The notes below the pieces were generated by a model, which had not been told where the DNA came from, did no database searches, and saw nothing but the letters and a program-made list of their open reading frames with translations. Positions 19,802 through 29,476 of a DNA stretch of 54,773 nucleotides are shown piece by piece. The translations under genes and the position numbers were made by a program. The stretch spans positions 1-54,773 of the forward strand of contig JAEOTM010000196.1 in the NCBI GenBank assembly GCA_016839815.1, written 5' to 3'. The stretch is from Candidatus Hodarchaeota archaeon. Its GTDB lineage: Archaea; Asgardarchaeota; Heimdallarchaeia; Hodarchaeales; Hodarchaeaceae. Positions within the stretch are counted from its first letter, which is position 1, and each line of letters opens with the position of its first letter.

Positions 19802-20608
19802 CTATTGGGAACCAAGTTCCTGAATTACTCCAATCTTCTCCAAGATCATCTCGCGTTCCATTGGATCTGATACATTACGTATTGAAAACCTATTTTTAAA
19901 GCGATTTGAATTGATATTCGAGGCTGAAGCTCCAGCGTGGAACATCAAATGTTGGGAAATTGAATCCTTAAGTTCGATAAGAAAAATTCGTTTAAGAAGA
20001 GTATTTACAAGAATTAGAACGGAGAGTGTTCCTAGATCGGTTTGAAGATTGATCTCTCTTAAATCACCTTGAGAATTTACGGTGTAGAACTGGAGACCAC
20101 CTTTTTCATGAATGTAAGCTGGTTCTTCCTCATCAGGTACTGGTATATACTGATCAGGTGATTCTGAAACTTGCTTTAAACGAGATAAAATTACTTGCAT
20201 TTTTTCTGGATCAGAGAGATCTTTTTCGTCTTTGATCTTCTTTGTTTCTTCCTGTAGGGTTCGTTCAATGGTAGGATGAAGTTGAAAGATTTTTTCTCGA
20301 TTTTCCGATTTAAAAAGCAACCATATGGTCGATTCACGTCCATGTTGGTCAATACGAATATCTGTTGTTTCTGTTGGGGATACAGTAAAGGACATGGCTA
20401 AGGCTTCGATGTTTGGGTTGTTTGGAATCGGAAGTGATCCGTGTAGACGATAATGCTGTCTTTCAGCAAGAGTTCCTGCACCCATGAAGAGGATAGTCAT
20501 ACCAATAACACTGAGATTTTCAGCGGTATCCTCTGGAATGGAAGATAAGTTCAATAGAGGATAGGGGCCCCGATCACCCATGGTTGTGACTATAAGTCCA
20601 GAAAACAC
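19802..20608 (-). CDS. Putative longin/uDENN-like N-terminus + gelsolin-like C-terminal domain protein
   Basis: N-terminal beta-x-D-x-GP-x-P pattern; C-terminal LILVN-x4-RIFLI...helix...SIRNVSD resembles a gelsolin repeat. Confidence 0.5.
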   Translation of the reverse strand: MFSGLIVTTMGDRGPYPLLNLSSIPEDTAENLSVIGMTILFMGAGTLAERQHYRLHGSLPIPNNPNIEALAMSFTVSPTETTDIRIDQHGRESTIWLLFKSENREKIFQLHPTIERTLQEETKKIKDEKDLSDPEKMQVILSRLKQVSESPDQYIPVPDEEEPAYIHEKGGLQFYTVNSQGDLREINLQTDLGTLSVLILVNTLLKRIFLIELKDSISQHLMFHAGASASNINSNRFKNRFSIRNVSDPMEREMILEKIGVIQELGSQ

Positions 20609-20638
20609 GGTTTCGACCTCTTATCGCGAATTTTATTG

Positions 20639-21583
20639 TTATTTTAAAATTTCTAAAATTTCTGTGGTAATATCGAGACAACTTTCTTGTACTCTGGGAT
20701 ATGATTCTTCATCATACTTAAAAACTGATTCCCTTCCAATCAAGATAATTTTGTTCTCTGCATTGATCCGTTTTGTTATCATAACAAAATCTTCGATCCG
20801 AATAATGTCGGCTTGATATTTTGGTCCGAGATCAAAGACGTGAAATTGAGCTAGCATACGAATTATTTGTGGTCCAACATTTGTTTCCCATCCCTCACTT
20901 TTTCCTGAAGCAATTAAGATATCCTGATTATGTCCAATTAGATATGCTCCTGAAAATCCACAGTCGTTCATTTTACTCTCAAGAATTTTTTTGATCTTTT
21001 TTAATTGACGATCACTTGGCTTTTTTATACTTGAATCTCGGTTATTCTTCATTTTCTTGCTATGTTCTACAGCTTTGTTCACGATCTGAGTAAAAACAAG
21101 ATTGGTCATTCTCTGTTGATCTGAACCTTTAAGAGAGACAATGTAAGATGTTATTTCTTGCGGAATAAGTTGTTGGAGATGACTTTCAACATTTTTCTGT
21201 ATTTTAGTTCTTTCTAGATCATTTGGGATTAGATGGCCCCTATTAACTAACAGTATTACCTGAAAATCCTTGTTTACCTCACTGATATCAAAATAAATTT
21301 CTTTAAAATCATTTGTAAGATCATCTATGACTTGATAGGAGATATCATGGACATAGATTAAAGTATTGATTTTTAAATACAATTTTTCTCTCATTGCAGG
21401 TAATATTTGCTTAAAATAAGACTCGTCCTCCTCTTTAAAAGGTCGATTTAACCAATCATAATAAATGAGATTTTCCCGAATTTTCATTCCAGGTTCTGAG
21501 CGTCCTAATTTTAAAAGCTGACTAAAAAGTAAATCCTTCCCAGAGTGTGACAGACCAGCTAATACGATTAGGTTTTGTTGCAA
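20639..21583 (-). CDS. Degenerate Rag-like GTPase with C-terminal roadblock-like domain (start moved to TTG 21583)
   Basis: G1 GLSHSGKD, no DxxG, NRGH at the G4 position; GAGGT upstream of TTG 21583, and this start removes the overlap with the upstream gene. Confidence 0.7.
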   Translation of the reverse strand: MQQNLIVLAGLSHSGKDLLFSQLLKLGRSEPGMKIRENLIYYDWLNRPFKEEDESYFKQILPAMREKLYLKINTLIYVHDISYQVIDDLTNDFKEIYFDISEVNKDFQVILLVNRGHLIPNDLERTKIQKNVESHLQQLIPQEITSYIVSLKGSDQQRMTNLVFTQIVNKAVEHSKKMKNNRDSSIKKPSDRQLKKIKKILESKMNDCGFSGAYLIGHNQDILIASGKSEGWETNVGPQIIRMLAQFHVFDLGPKYQADIIRIEDFVMITKRINAENKIILIGRESVFKYDEESYPRVQESCLDITTEILEILK

Positions 21584-21593
21584 AGCGGTACCT

Positions 21594-22598
21594 CTAGATG
21601 GGGATTTTAAGCATACTTTCAAGTTGATGAGTAAGCAGACGAATAGTCTCTTCAATTTCTGACAATTTTCTTGTTTCCAACATTGATTTCTCATCAGAGG
21701 AGACTAAGAGAATTAAATAATGAGGGGGAACAGATGCTTTAAATAACATAATCTGTCCAATTTTCATTAATTCAGATTTTGAACTTGGAATTAACCATAG
21801 ATCTTTTGATTTATCAAGAATCGTAATAAATTGTTGAATTTCATTGATATTTGTCTCTGATGCACTTATTATAAAATCTGGTTCTACTGTAGAAAGCAGT
21901 AATACTTCATCCAACCGATTCATAAATTTTAATGCATGTAGCACTTGCTGAATAGGCCGCATCCGTAAACGTCGTTGGATAGCTTCTAAATCTTCTTCTT
22001 TTTCCACCACAGATGCTTCTGGAATGATTTCACTGGCTTCAGCTGTTATTCGCTTAAAAGCCTCATGAATTGAATTATCGTATATTGAGGTTTGAAGAAA
22101 TGTAATGTTTTTGGTTTCAACTGCAGTTTGGAACATTTCCATAAGGAATTCCATACGTTCTGCCCTTTGAGTGAGGTCTGGCATTAAATCAGTTTTATGT
22201 AATAGTATATATACTGCAGGTTGGACATCTGACATCTCTTCTAACCGATTAGTGCCTTCGACGAACGCTTTAAGTGAAGCTGGGAACTTGTCTGGTGTGG
22301 AAATATCACAGATGAAAACCAAAACTGCGACATTACTAAAGATGAATGAACTCATACTACTAAGAAAACGTTTCAAGAATACTTCCTGTCCTCCAAGGTC
22401 CATTACAGTGATAGGTTCATCAGCAACTTGTTCTACTTGACGTTCATAGTTCAACGTAGCAGCATAATCAGCAGTTTCTTCTGGAGATTTGCCTCCGAAG
22501 ACAACATCTCGAATAGAAGTTTTTCCTGCCTGAGAAAGACCTAAAAGAATGATTTTCCGAGTACTTTGGGTCTTTAGTTGCTTAAGATAATGACTCAT
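21594..22598 (-). CDS. Rag/Gtr-like small GTPase with C-terminal roadblock-like domain
   Basis: GLSQAGKTSIRDVVF, DLGGQEVF, IFSNVAVLVFICD, HKTD, TSIYDNSIHEAF are all Rag-like. Confidence 0.88.
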   Translation of the reverse strand: MSHYLKQLKTQSTRKIILLGLSQAGKTSIRDVVFGGKSPEETADYAATLNYERQVEQVADEPITVMDLGGQEVFLKRFLSSMSSFIFSNVAVLVFICDISTPDKFPASLKAFVEGTNRLEEMSDVQPAVYILLHKTDLMPDLTQRAERMEFLMEMFQTAVETKNITFLQTSIYDNSIHEAFKRITAEASEIIPEASVVEKEEDLEAIQRRLRMRPIQQVLHALKFMNRLDEVLLLSTVEPDFIISASETNINEIQQFITILDKSKDLWLIPSSKSELMKIGQIMLFKASVPPHYLILLVSSDEKSMLETRKLSEIEETIRLLTHQLESMLKIPI

Positions 22599-22865
22599 TG
22601 TGTAGCCCTTTGAATAATGAAGTAAACTGATTCAATCATGAGTTCTAATAGAAGAAATTTAAGTATGACCAAATAAACCTTCCGATTTAACAAACACTTC
22701 TTTGTTTATGGAATTCGCATTCTAAACAAATATGTTTTGGAATTAACTTCCTGAATTCTCTTATGCCCTCTCATACGCAAATGATAAATAATTACCAAAA
22801 CTAGATGATAAAACTGTTGCAGTTCACGAGTCATGCATATAATTCTGAGAATAGCTTAAGGAGAC

Positions 22866-23999
22866 TTATCCATCGAGACGCTCAAGAACAACCTCTCTTG
22901 CCTTGGGAAGAGCATCTTGACGCTTCTTTTCGTGAGCTTCCATGAACTCTTGAATAATCCCTAGCAGATTCTTTTTGTCTACTCCACACAGCAAATCACC
23001 TTTCCGACAAGATACTTCAATTTCATTTAACTTGTCTTCATCTGCCTGGAAGAAATACCTATATAAGTCAAAAATCCGACAGATTTCAGGTTGCCCACCT
23101 AATTCACGCTGTTCTTCAACCGTGATTCGTCCCCCTGTAAATGCATTCATTATTTTTTTCTTTAAAGACTTTTTAGTTTCAAATAAGGTAAGTACTGACA
23201 TTGGACTTCTTTTTGCCATTTTATCGGAGCCATCTAATCCCTGAATGAGTTTATGAAAAGTGAAACCAGGGAGCATAAACTTGTAAGTATCTTGAAAGTA
23301 CTTTTTACGAACAAAATCGTGTGATAAACGCGCATGAGGTGCTTGATCAGCACCGATAGGTGTCACAGTAGGGAGAGATCCATTGTGAAGCTGTGGTAAT
23401 AATATATCGGCTACCTGAATGAATGCTGCATTATATACCCCTAGTCTATGTTCCCCATAGATGGCTTTCATCATGTTATAAGTTGCATGGGATGACAAGA
23501 GATATCCTAATCTCATAACATCCATTTGATGAGATTGTCGATATACATACGCGTTATCAAGGTTTAATCCAAGTGCAATAAGATCAGCTACATTTTCTAT
23601 GGCATTTTTTTCCGCTTGCTCAAGAGGTAACCGTCCATCCGCATAACTCTCAATATCCGCAATGCAAAAGTATACTTTGCCTCCTAGCTTCTGAAAATAG
23701 ATGACTTCATTACAAGTGATCAGGTTCCCTATATGATATTCTGCAGAGCTTGGTTTGATCCCAGTCATAATTGCAAATGGTTTTTTCTTATTAATAGCAT
23801 CAATCACGGGTTCCAACGAGGTGTGCCCAAACATAATATCCCTATTCATATAATAATGGCGTAATTCCTTTGGTAATGGGCCGATCGCTTCCTCAATAGG
23901 TCTAATCCCAAATTCACTCATTAACCTGTCGTAATCTGTAACTGAACCACCGAAAGCGTCAACTACTGAGTCTGTTGGTGCATTATTATTCGAATTCAT
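22866..23999 (-). CDS. trpS: Tryptophan--tRNA ligase (archaeal type)
   Basis: MTGIKPS, HIGN, QVADIL, PIGADQAPH, KMAKR (KMSKS equivalent), AFTGGR, EQRELGG, CGVDK. Confidence 0.93.
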   Translation of the reverse strand: MNSNNNAPTDSVVDAFGGSVTDYDRLMSEFGIRPIEEAIGPLPKELRHYYMNRDIMFGHTSLEPVIDAINKKKPFAIMTGIKPSSAEYHIGNLITCNEVIYFQKLGGKVYFCIADIESYADGRLPLEQAEKNAIENVADLIALGLNLDNAYVYRQSHQMDVMRLGYLLSSHATYNMMKAIYGEHRLGVYNAAFIQVADILLPQLHNGSLPTVTPIGADQAPHARLSHDFVRKKYFQDTYKFMLPGFTFHKLIQGLDGSDKMAKRSPMSVLTLFETKKSLKKKIMNAFTGGRITVEEQRELGGQPEICRIFDLYRYFFQADEDKLNEIEVSCRKGDLLCGVDKKNLLGIIQEFMEAHEKKRQDALPKAREVVLERLDG

Positions 24000-24206
24000 G
24001 ATCTATATTCACCGTTGATATTTGAAGTAAAAGAATAATTGGAATTTGGATGCTTAACTTTGGATTTACCTTAAGAATTTCCGCTGTACCTAAAATTAAT
24101 GCTGGTGGAGATCCACTAGCGACAACTGCCATTGGTACATCTTTCTCACATCCAATCGATCCAATCAATATATATAATAAAAATTCTCTGATTCTCACAA
24201 ATTTTA

Positions 24207-25658
24207 TTACATTAATTTATGAGTAAAATGATAAAATCCACTTGTTTCGTATAAGAATTGGACGATAATAACGACTGCAATCAGACTTAGTCCTATACAA
24301 AAGGTTAAAACTTCAAGTGATCCGAAAGTTTCAAAAATGTAGCCTCCTCCGACAGTTCCAAATATAGACCCCGTGGACATAATTGCTGACGTGAATCCCA
24401 TTTCTCTTCCACGATTTCCTTCTTTCGTAACGTCTGTTATTAATGCCAGTGATGCTGAACCAAACCCAGAAGCTGATATAAGACATATTAGGATTAAAAG
24501 TATAATCATTAAGTGAGGGATTCGCAAGATAATTCCAGGGGCAAATTCGAGTGGTTTAGACAAGCTGATAGAGAATGGATTGTTAAGTAAGTTTATGAAA
24601 TTTTCAGGTTTAAGTCGAAGAATTGCTGCAAAAACGACCAAGAGCAAACTTGTTCCAACACAACCAAGTATAAGAAAAGGTTTACGACCAATACTATCAG
24701 AAAGCTTTCCAAAAGTTGGTTGTAAAACTCCCATTATTCCCACACCTACTAATGCAACAAAACCAATTGTAGAGGCACCCACGCCACCCGCTGTAACCTC
24801 TTTTAGAATTACTGGGGCATATGTCCCTCCTGCACCTACTAATGTTGTATAGGCTAGCAAAACGAAAGCAAACTTTCTGAATTGTTTATTTTTTAAACTT
24901 TGAAGCATTGCTTTAAACGGATTTATACCTGAATCTTCAGGTTCTGCAAGATCTTCAAATTGTAGAACATCTGCTTTTTCTTCCTCTTTTTCGAGTTTAG
25001 CCCTTTTTGGTTCATAAAAACGGAGTAAGTATAAAGACGATGCGAGGAGAAATAGAAATGTAAAGATGAAGAACGAATTTTCTAATAATAAATCCCAAGC
25101 AATTCCGCCAATTAAGAAACCACTGGCTCCTCCAGCAGAACGCGCTAAGTAAAATTTTCCCATTGTTTCCCCATGATTACTTTCAGGCGAAAGATCGGCA
25201 AACATGGATAAAACAGGCCCAGAAAGCATTGCTGATGCCAAACCTTTGAGGGCACTTGCAGAAAAAAGGATCCAAAATCCATATGTTAGATTGCCATATT
25301 CAGCGAAGATAAATGGAAAAGGTACAAAAGTTAAGCCAGCTAGAAAAGTTCCAGTTACCAATAAAGGTTTTCTACCTATTCTATCGCTCACCGAGCCAAA
25401 AAACGAGGCTGTTGATAAGGATACAAAATAATAAATTGCTAATATGATTGGCAGCTCTGCGTTTGCAAAAAAGCTTTCCCCTCGTTCTGGGATTTCAAGA
25501 AAATAAAGTGGTAAACAGATAACCGAGGAGGAGAAAGCTGATTCTGTTATAGCAACAATCAGCAGGAGTAATCTGACTTGTTCTCTCAATAAAAAGGTAA
25601 TCGGTTGACCGAAGAAAAGCAAGGTGTCCTTTGGTAGTGATAAAGATTTACGAAGCAT
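24207..25658 (-). CDS. MFS transporter
   Basis: GSVSDRIGRK and GKLSDSIGRK (motif A in both halves); about 12 TM helices. Confidence 0.9.
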   Translation of the reverse strand: MLRKSLSLPKDTLLFFGQPITFLLREQVRLLLLIVAITESAFSSSVICLPLYFLEIPERGESFFANAELPIILAIYYFVSLSTASFFGSVSDRIGRKPLLVTGTFLAGLTFVPFPFIFAEYGNLTYGFWILFSASALKGLASAMLSGPVLSMFADLSPESNHGETMGKFYLARSAGGASGFLIGGIAWDLLLENSFFIFTFLFLLASSLYLLRFYEPKRAKLEKEEEKADVLQFEDLAEPEDSGINPFKAMLQSLKNKQFRKFAFVLLAYTTLVGAGGTYAPVILKEVTAGGVGASTIGFVALVGVGIMGVLQPTFGKLSDSIGRKPFLILGCVGTSLLLVVFAAILRLKPENFINLLNNPFSISLSKPLEFAPGIILRIPHLMIILLILICLISASGFGSASLALITDVTKEGNRGREMGFTSAIMSTGSIFGTVGGGYIFETFGSLEVLTFCIGLSLIAVVIIVQFLYETSGFYHFTHKLM

Positions 25659-26016
25659 TTTATCTTTTCCTTTCGTCCTCTAAATTAATCCAACTGTTAT
25701 ATTTGATGTTTATACCAGTCTAACTACCTAATTATGTTTTTCTGAGATCGAACACGTTCTAACTATACATAGGAAGTTGAATGGTATTAGTTGTGCGCCT
25801 AAAGCTTGAAATTTTTTGTGAGTTAAGTTATTGATTCCCACTTTTTTCCTCTTTAATAACGTTACATTACTTCAAGAGCTACTGGACTTAGTTTGGGATA
25901 AATAAGGAATATTTAAAATTTATCCAATATTGGATTCTGTTTCGAGTATGAATATGTCTTTCTTACTCATCACCTAAATACTGATTCTTTCTAAGTGTAC
26001 CTTACAAAATGAGGTT

Positions 26017-26928
26017 ATGAGAAATATGAAAATCTCTCTAGTCGGTCTTAGCGGTTGTGGAAAAACGTCTATCTACTCAACTACATTTGGAGGAATGACT
26101 CCTTTAGAAGTTAAAGATCTTGGCCCTACAGTTATGTATGAAGTCAAAAGTCATAATTATCTTGGGATACAAGTTTCGTTGTGGGATTTTGGAGGTCAAG
26201 AGAAATATCGCCAAAGCTATTTGGAGACACCTAAGTTACTCGCAAATACATCAATTTTAGTTTTCGTTCTTGATCTTCATCATCCAGAAAACTTTGATTT
26301 GGCGAACGAGTACTTTGACAATGTCTATTCAGCGATTAAAGAGCAAGGCGGAGATCCTCGAATAAAAATCTTCTACCACAAATATGATACAGAGGAGTAC
26401 ACACAAGAAGCTCTTGACGAAAATCTTGCTAAGGCCAAAGAGCTCCCTTTTATTGTGAAATATACTCCTCGCGAATTTTTGACTTCAGTATATCGCCAGG
26501 AAGAGCTCAGTGAATTTCTGAAACAAATCCTAATCGCTGACTTTGAAGAGCTAAAGAAGAGCGTTGAAGGTGCACAGGAATTTTTATCAAAATTGAATTC
26601 TAAGATCATAATTACTGATGTTAATGGAAACGTGATTACACATAATATTGAAGGATTTGCTACTGGGATCCAACTCCGTGAGGATCTCAGAGAATATATT
26701 TTCGCCTGTAATGTCTTACGTGAAAACTTTCTCACTTCAGAATCTGCTTCTTTCTCTGCAAGTTCGGAAGTTAAGAAATTGAAGGTATATATCTATAATT
26801 ATGTTCTAACAGTATTAATAATGATGGATGAACAGGGGCCAGCTGATCCACCAGAATCTCTTAACGAGCTGTTAAAAGAGATGGAAATATTTGCAGAATT
26901 ACTTGTTGAGATGAGTAGTGAAGAATAA
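26017..26928 (+). CDS. Rag/Gtr-like small GTPase with C-terminal roadblock-like domain
   Basis: GLSGCGKTS, GPTV, WDFGGQEKY, HKYD, TSVY; C-terminal IIITDVNGNVI is roadblock-like. Confidence 0.85.
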   Translation: MRNMKISLVGLSGCGKTSIYSTTFGGMTPLEVKDLGPTVMYEVKSHNYLGIQVSLWDFGGQEKYRQSYLETPKLLANTSILVFVLDLHHPENFDLANEYFDNVYSAIKEQGGDPRIKIFYHKYDTEEYTQEALDENLAKAKELPFIVKYTPREFLTSVYRQEELSEFLKQILIADFEELKKSVEGAQEFLSKLNSKIIITDVNGNVITHNIEGFATGIQLREDLREYIFACNVLRENFLTSESASFSASSEVKKLKVYIYNYVLTVLIMMDEQGPADPPESLNELLKEMEIFAELLVEMSSEE

Positions 26929-27143
26929 TCAGATAATTACTCATAGAGAATTATAAATTTAAGAATTCATTGATTTACTATTGTTTTCTAAGTCAGATCA
27001 GAATAAATTATATATACCTCATCCATATCAATGGTTTCCATTGTTTCCAGTTACATTTAGCACCATCTATCCAGAAAACTACATCTTAATTATATTGTCA
27101 GTGGGAAATAACACAAATTAAACAATATTGGAGACGTTCATAA

Positions 27144-27641
27144 GTGGTTACAGCAGAAGCTATAGATTCGACATTTCACGAGATACTGAACTCAAGGGAG
27201 AAAGAGAGAAAGCACCTGATTCCGATTTTGCAGGATGTGCAGAAGGAATATGGGTATTTGTCAAAGGAAAATATGTTTAGAATCAGTGAATATCTTGAAA
27301 TGTCACCAAATGAAGTATATGGGGTCGCTTCTTTCTATCAACAGTTTAAATTTATCAAACCTGGAAAACATACCATATCAGTATGTTTAGGCACCGCATG
27401 TTTCGTTAAAGGTGGAAATATTCTTGCAGAAACGGTTAAAACAAAATTAGGAATCGAACCAGGTGAAACTACTGAAGATGGATTATTTAGTTTTGAAAGA
27501 GTTGCATGTCTGGGCTGTTGTGCACTTTCTCCTGTGGTACAGATCGATGACGAAATTTATGGCCAAGTAAAGCCTTCAAAATTACTTCGTCTTATTAATC
27601 GGATGATTAAGAAGGAGAATCCTACGGAGGTACCTAAATGA
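27144..27641 (+). CDS. nuoE: NuoE/HydC-like [2Fe-2S] subunit
   Basis: LIPILQDVQ, VASFY, VCLGTAC, ACLGCCALSP. Confidence 0.9.
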   Translation: MVTAEAIDSTFHEILNSREKERKHLIPILQDVQKEYGYLSKENMFRISEYLEMSPNEVYGVASFYQQFKFIKPGKHTISVCLGTACFVKGGNILAETVKTKLGIEPGETTEDGLFSFERVACLGCCALSPVVQIDDEIYGQVKPSKLLRLINRMIKKENPTEVPK

Positions 27642-29476
27642 CACAAGTAGAATCACTACCTCGTTATTCTCAAAAGACAGTTCTAATATGTAAAGGAACT
27701 GGGTGCGTTTCAACTAAATCAGAAGAAATAAGTAAGGAGTTTGAGGAGCAGCTATTGAACTTTAACCTTCAGGATAAAATTAAGGTAGATTTCACGGGTT
27801 GCCATGGATTTTGTGCTCAGGGGCCTATAGTAATTGTTGAACCTGAAGGCATTATGTATGCTCAGGTTAAGACTCCAGACGTAACAAAGATCGTTAGTTC
27901 ACACCTCAAGGATGGAACTCCAGTCGAAGAGCTTTTTTTCACAGATCCAAAATTAAACAAACGCATTGCTAAGTATTCTGAAATTGATTTTTATAGTAAG
28001 CAAACTAGAATGATTTTGGGGAATTGTGGACATATTAATCCTGAAAACATCGATGCTTATATTGAAACAGGTGGCTATACAGGATTAAAAAAAGCCTTAG
28101 AGAAAACTCCAGAGGAAATCATCCAAATAATCAAAGATTCAGGGCTGAGAGGAAGAGGTGGTGCTGGTTTTTCGACTGGAATGAAATGGCAATTCTGTCA
28201 TGATGCTCCAGGGAGTCAAAAATACATAATATGTAATGCAGATGAAGGAGATCCTGGTGCATTTATGGATCGCTCCCTACTTGAAGCTGATCCCCATAGT
28301 GTATTAGAGGGGATGATTATTGGGGCATTTGCTATTGGTGCATCTCATGGAATTATTTATGTTCGTGCAGAATACCCTCTTGCAATCAAACGATTTAGTC
28401 GTGCCCTTGAAACTGCAAGAGAACGGGGATTTCTAGGAGAAAACATATTGAATTCAGGTTTTTCACTAGATGTTTCTGTGCATGAGGGTGCAGGAGCATT
28501 CGTCTGTGGAGAAGAAACAGCGTTAATGGCTTCTATCGAAGGAAATCGTGGTAATCCACGAACAAGACCTCCCTATCCAGCAACATCTGGGCTCTGGGGG
28601 AAACCTACGAATATTAATAATGTTAAAACATGGGCCTCTGCTTCATGGATATTTAAAAATGGATGGGAAAAATTCCATGAAATAGGAGTTGAAAACGCCA
28701 CAGGTACAGCAATTTTTTCATTAACTGGGAAAGTAAAAAACTTAGGTTTAATTGAAGTTCCTATGGGGACTCCTTTGAAAGACATTGTATTTGAAATTGG
28801 AGGTGGAATCCTTGATGATAGAGAATTCAAGGCCGTACAAACAGGTGGCCCCTCTGGAGGTTGTTTACCACCAAGTCACTTGGATTCTCCTGTTGATTAC
28901 GAAACTATGGCCGCTTCAGGAAGTATTATGGGTTCAGGAGGTATGATAGTTCTTGATGAAACCAATTGTATGGTGAAGCTAGCTCATTATTTCTTAACAT
29001 TTACACAAGCTGAATCTTGTGGAAAATGTATTCCATGTAGAATTGGTACAAGGGCTATGCTATTAATCTTAGAGAAGATTATTACAGGAAAAGGGGAAGA
29101 TAAGGATCTTATGCTCCTAGAAGAGCTTGCATATACTGTAAAAATGGGTTCTCTTTGTGCCTTAGGTCAAACTGCTCCAAATCCAGTATTAACAACACTC
29201 AAGTATTTCCGTAATGAATACCAATCTCATATTTTTGAAAAACGATGTAATTCTAAAGATTGTCAGGATCTAATTAACTATGTTATAGATGAAGAGTTTT
29301 GCAATGGATGTACAACCTGTGCACGCAATTGTCCCGTCAATGCAATTACAGGAGATAAGGGACAAGTCCACTTCATTGATATAGCAATCTGTGTTAAATG
29401 TGGTATTTGTCACTCAAGCTGTCCTAAAAATGCCATCTTTAAAGAAGATAGGCCATATGAGGTGGTGTCACAATGA
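27638..29476 (+). CDS. nuoF: NuoF/HydB-like FMN/NADH subunit with N-terminal thioredoxin-like FeS domain and C-terminal 2x[4Fe-4S]
   Basis: SGLRGRGGAGF, CNADEGDPGAFMDR, GEETAL, ESCGKCIPCR, CNGCTTC...CVKCGIC; architecture typical of bifurcating HydB. Confidence 0.92.
   Translation: MTQVESLPRYSQKTVLICKGTGCVSTKSEEISKEFEEQLLNFNLQDKIKVDFTGCHGFCAQGPIVIVEPEGIMYAQVKTPDVTKIVSSHLKDGTPVEELFFTDPKLNKRIAKYSEIDFYSKQTRMILGNCGHINPENIDAYIETGGYTGLKKALEKTPEEIIQIIKDSGLRGRGGAGFSTGMKWQFCHDAPGSQKYIICNADEGDPGAFMDRSLLEADPHSVLEGMIIGAFAIGASHGIIYVRAEYPLAIKRFSRALETARERGFLGENILNSGFSLDVSVHEGAGAFVCGEETALMASIEGNRGNPRTRPPYPATSGLWGKPTNINNVKTWASASWIFKNGWEKFHEIGVENATGTAIFSLTGKVKNLGLIEVPMGTPLKDIVFEIGGGILDDREFKAVQTGGPSGGCLPPSHLDSPVDYETMAASGSIMGSGGMIVLDETNCMVKLAHYFLTFTQAESCGKCIPCRIGTRAMLLILEKIITGKGEDKDLMLLEELAYTVKMGSLCALGQTAPNPVLTTLKYFRNEYQSHIFEKRCNSKDCQDLINYVIDEEFCNGCTTCARNCPVNAITGDKGQVHFIDIAICVKCGICHSSCPKNAIFKEDRPYEVVSQ

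Noticed and set aside
21584-21694. Long N-terminal extension of the 20639-21694 ORF (similarly 4437, 31052, 47418, 51875 starts)
   Set aside because: These extensions overlap upstream genes or lack an SD; downstream starts with SD-like motifs fit better.
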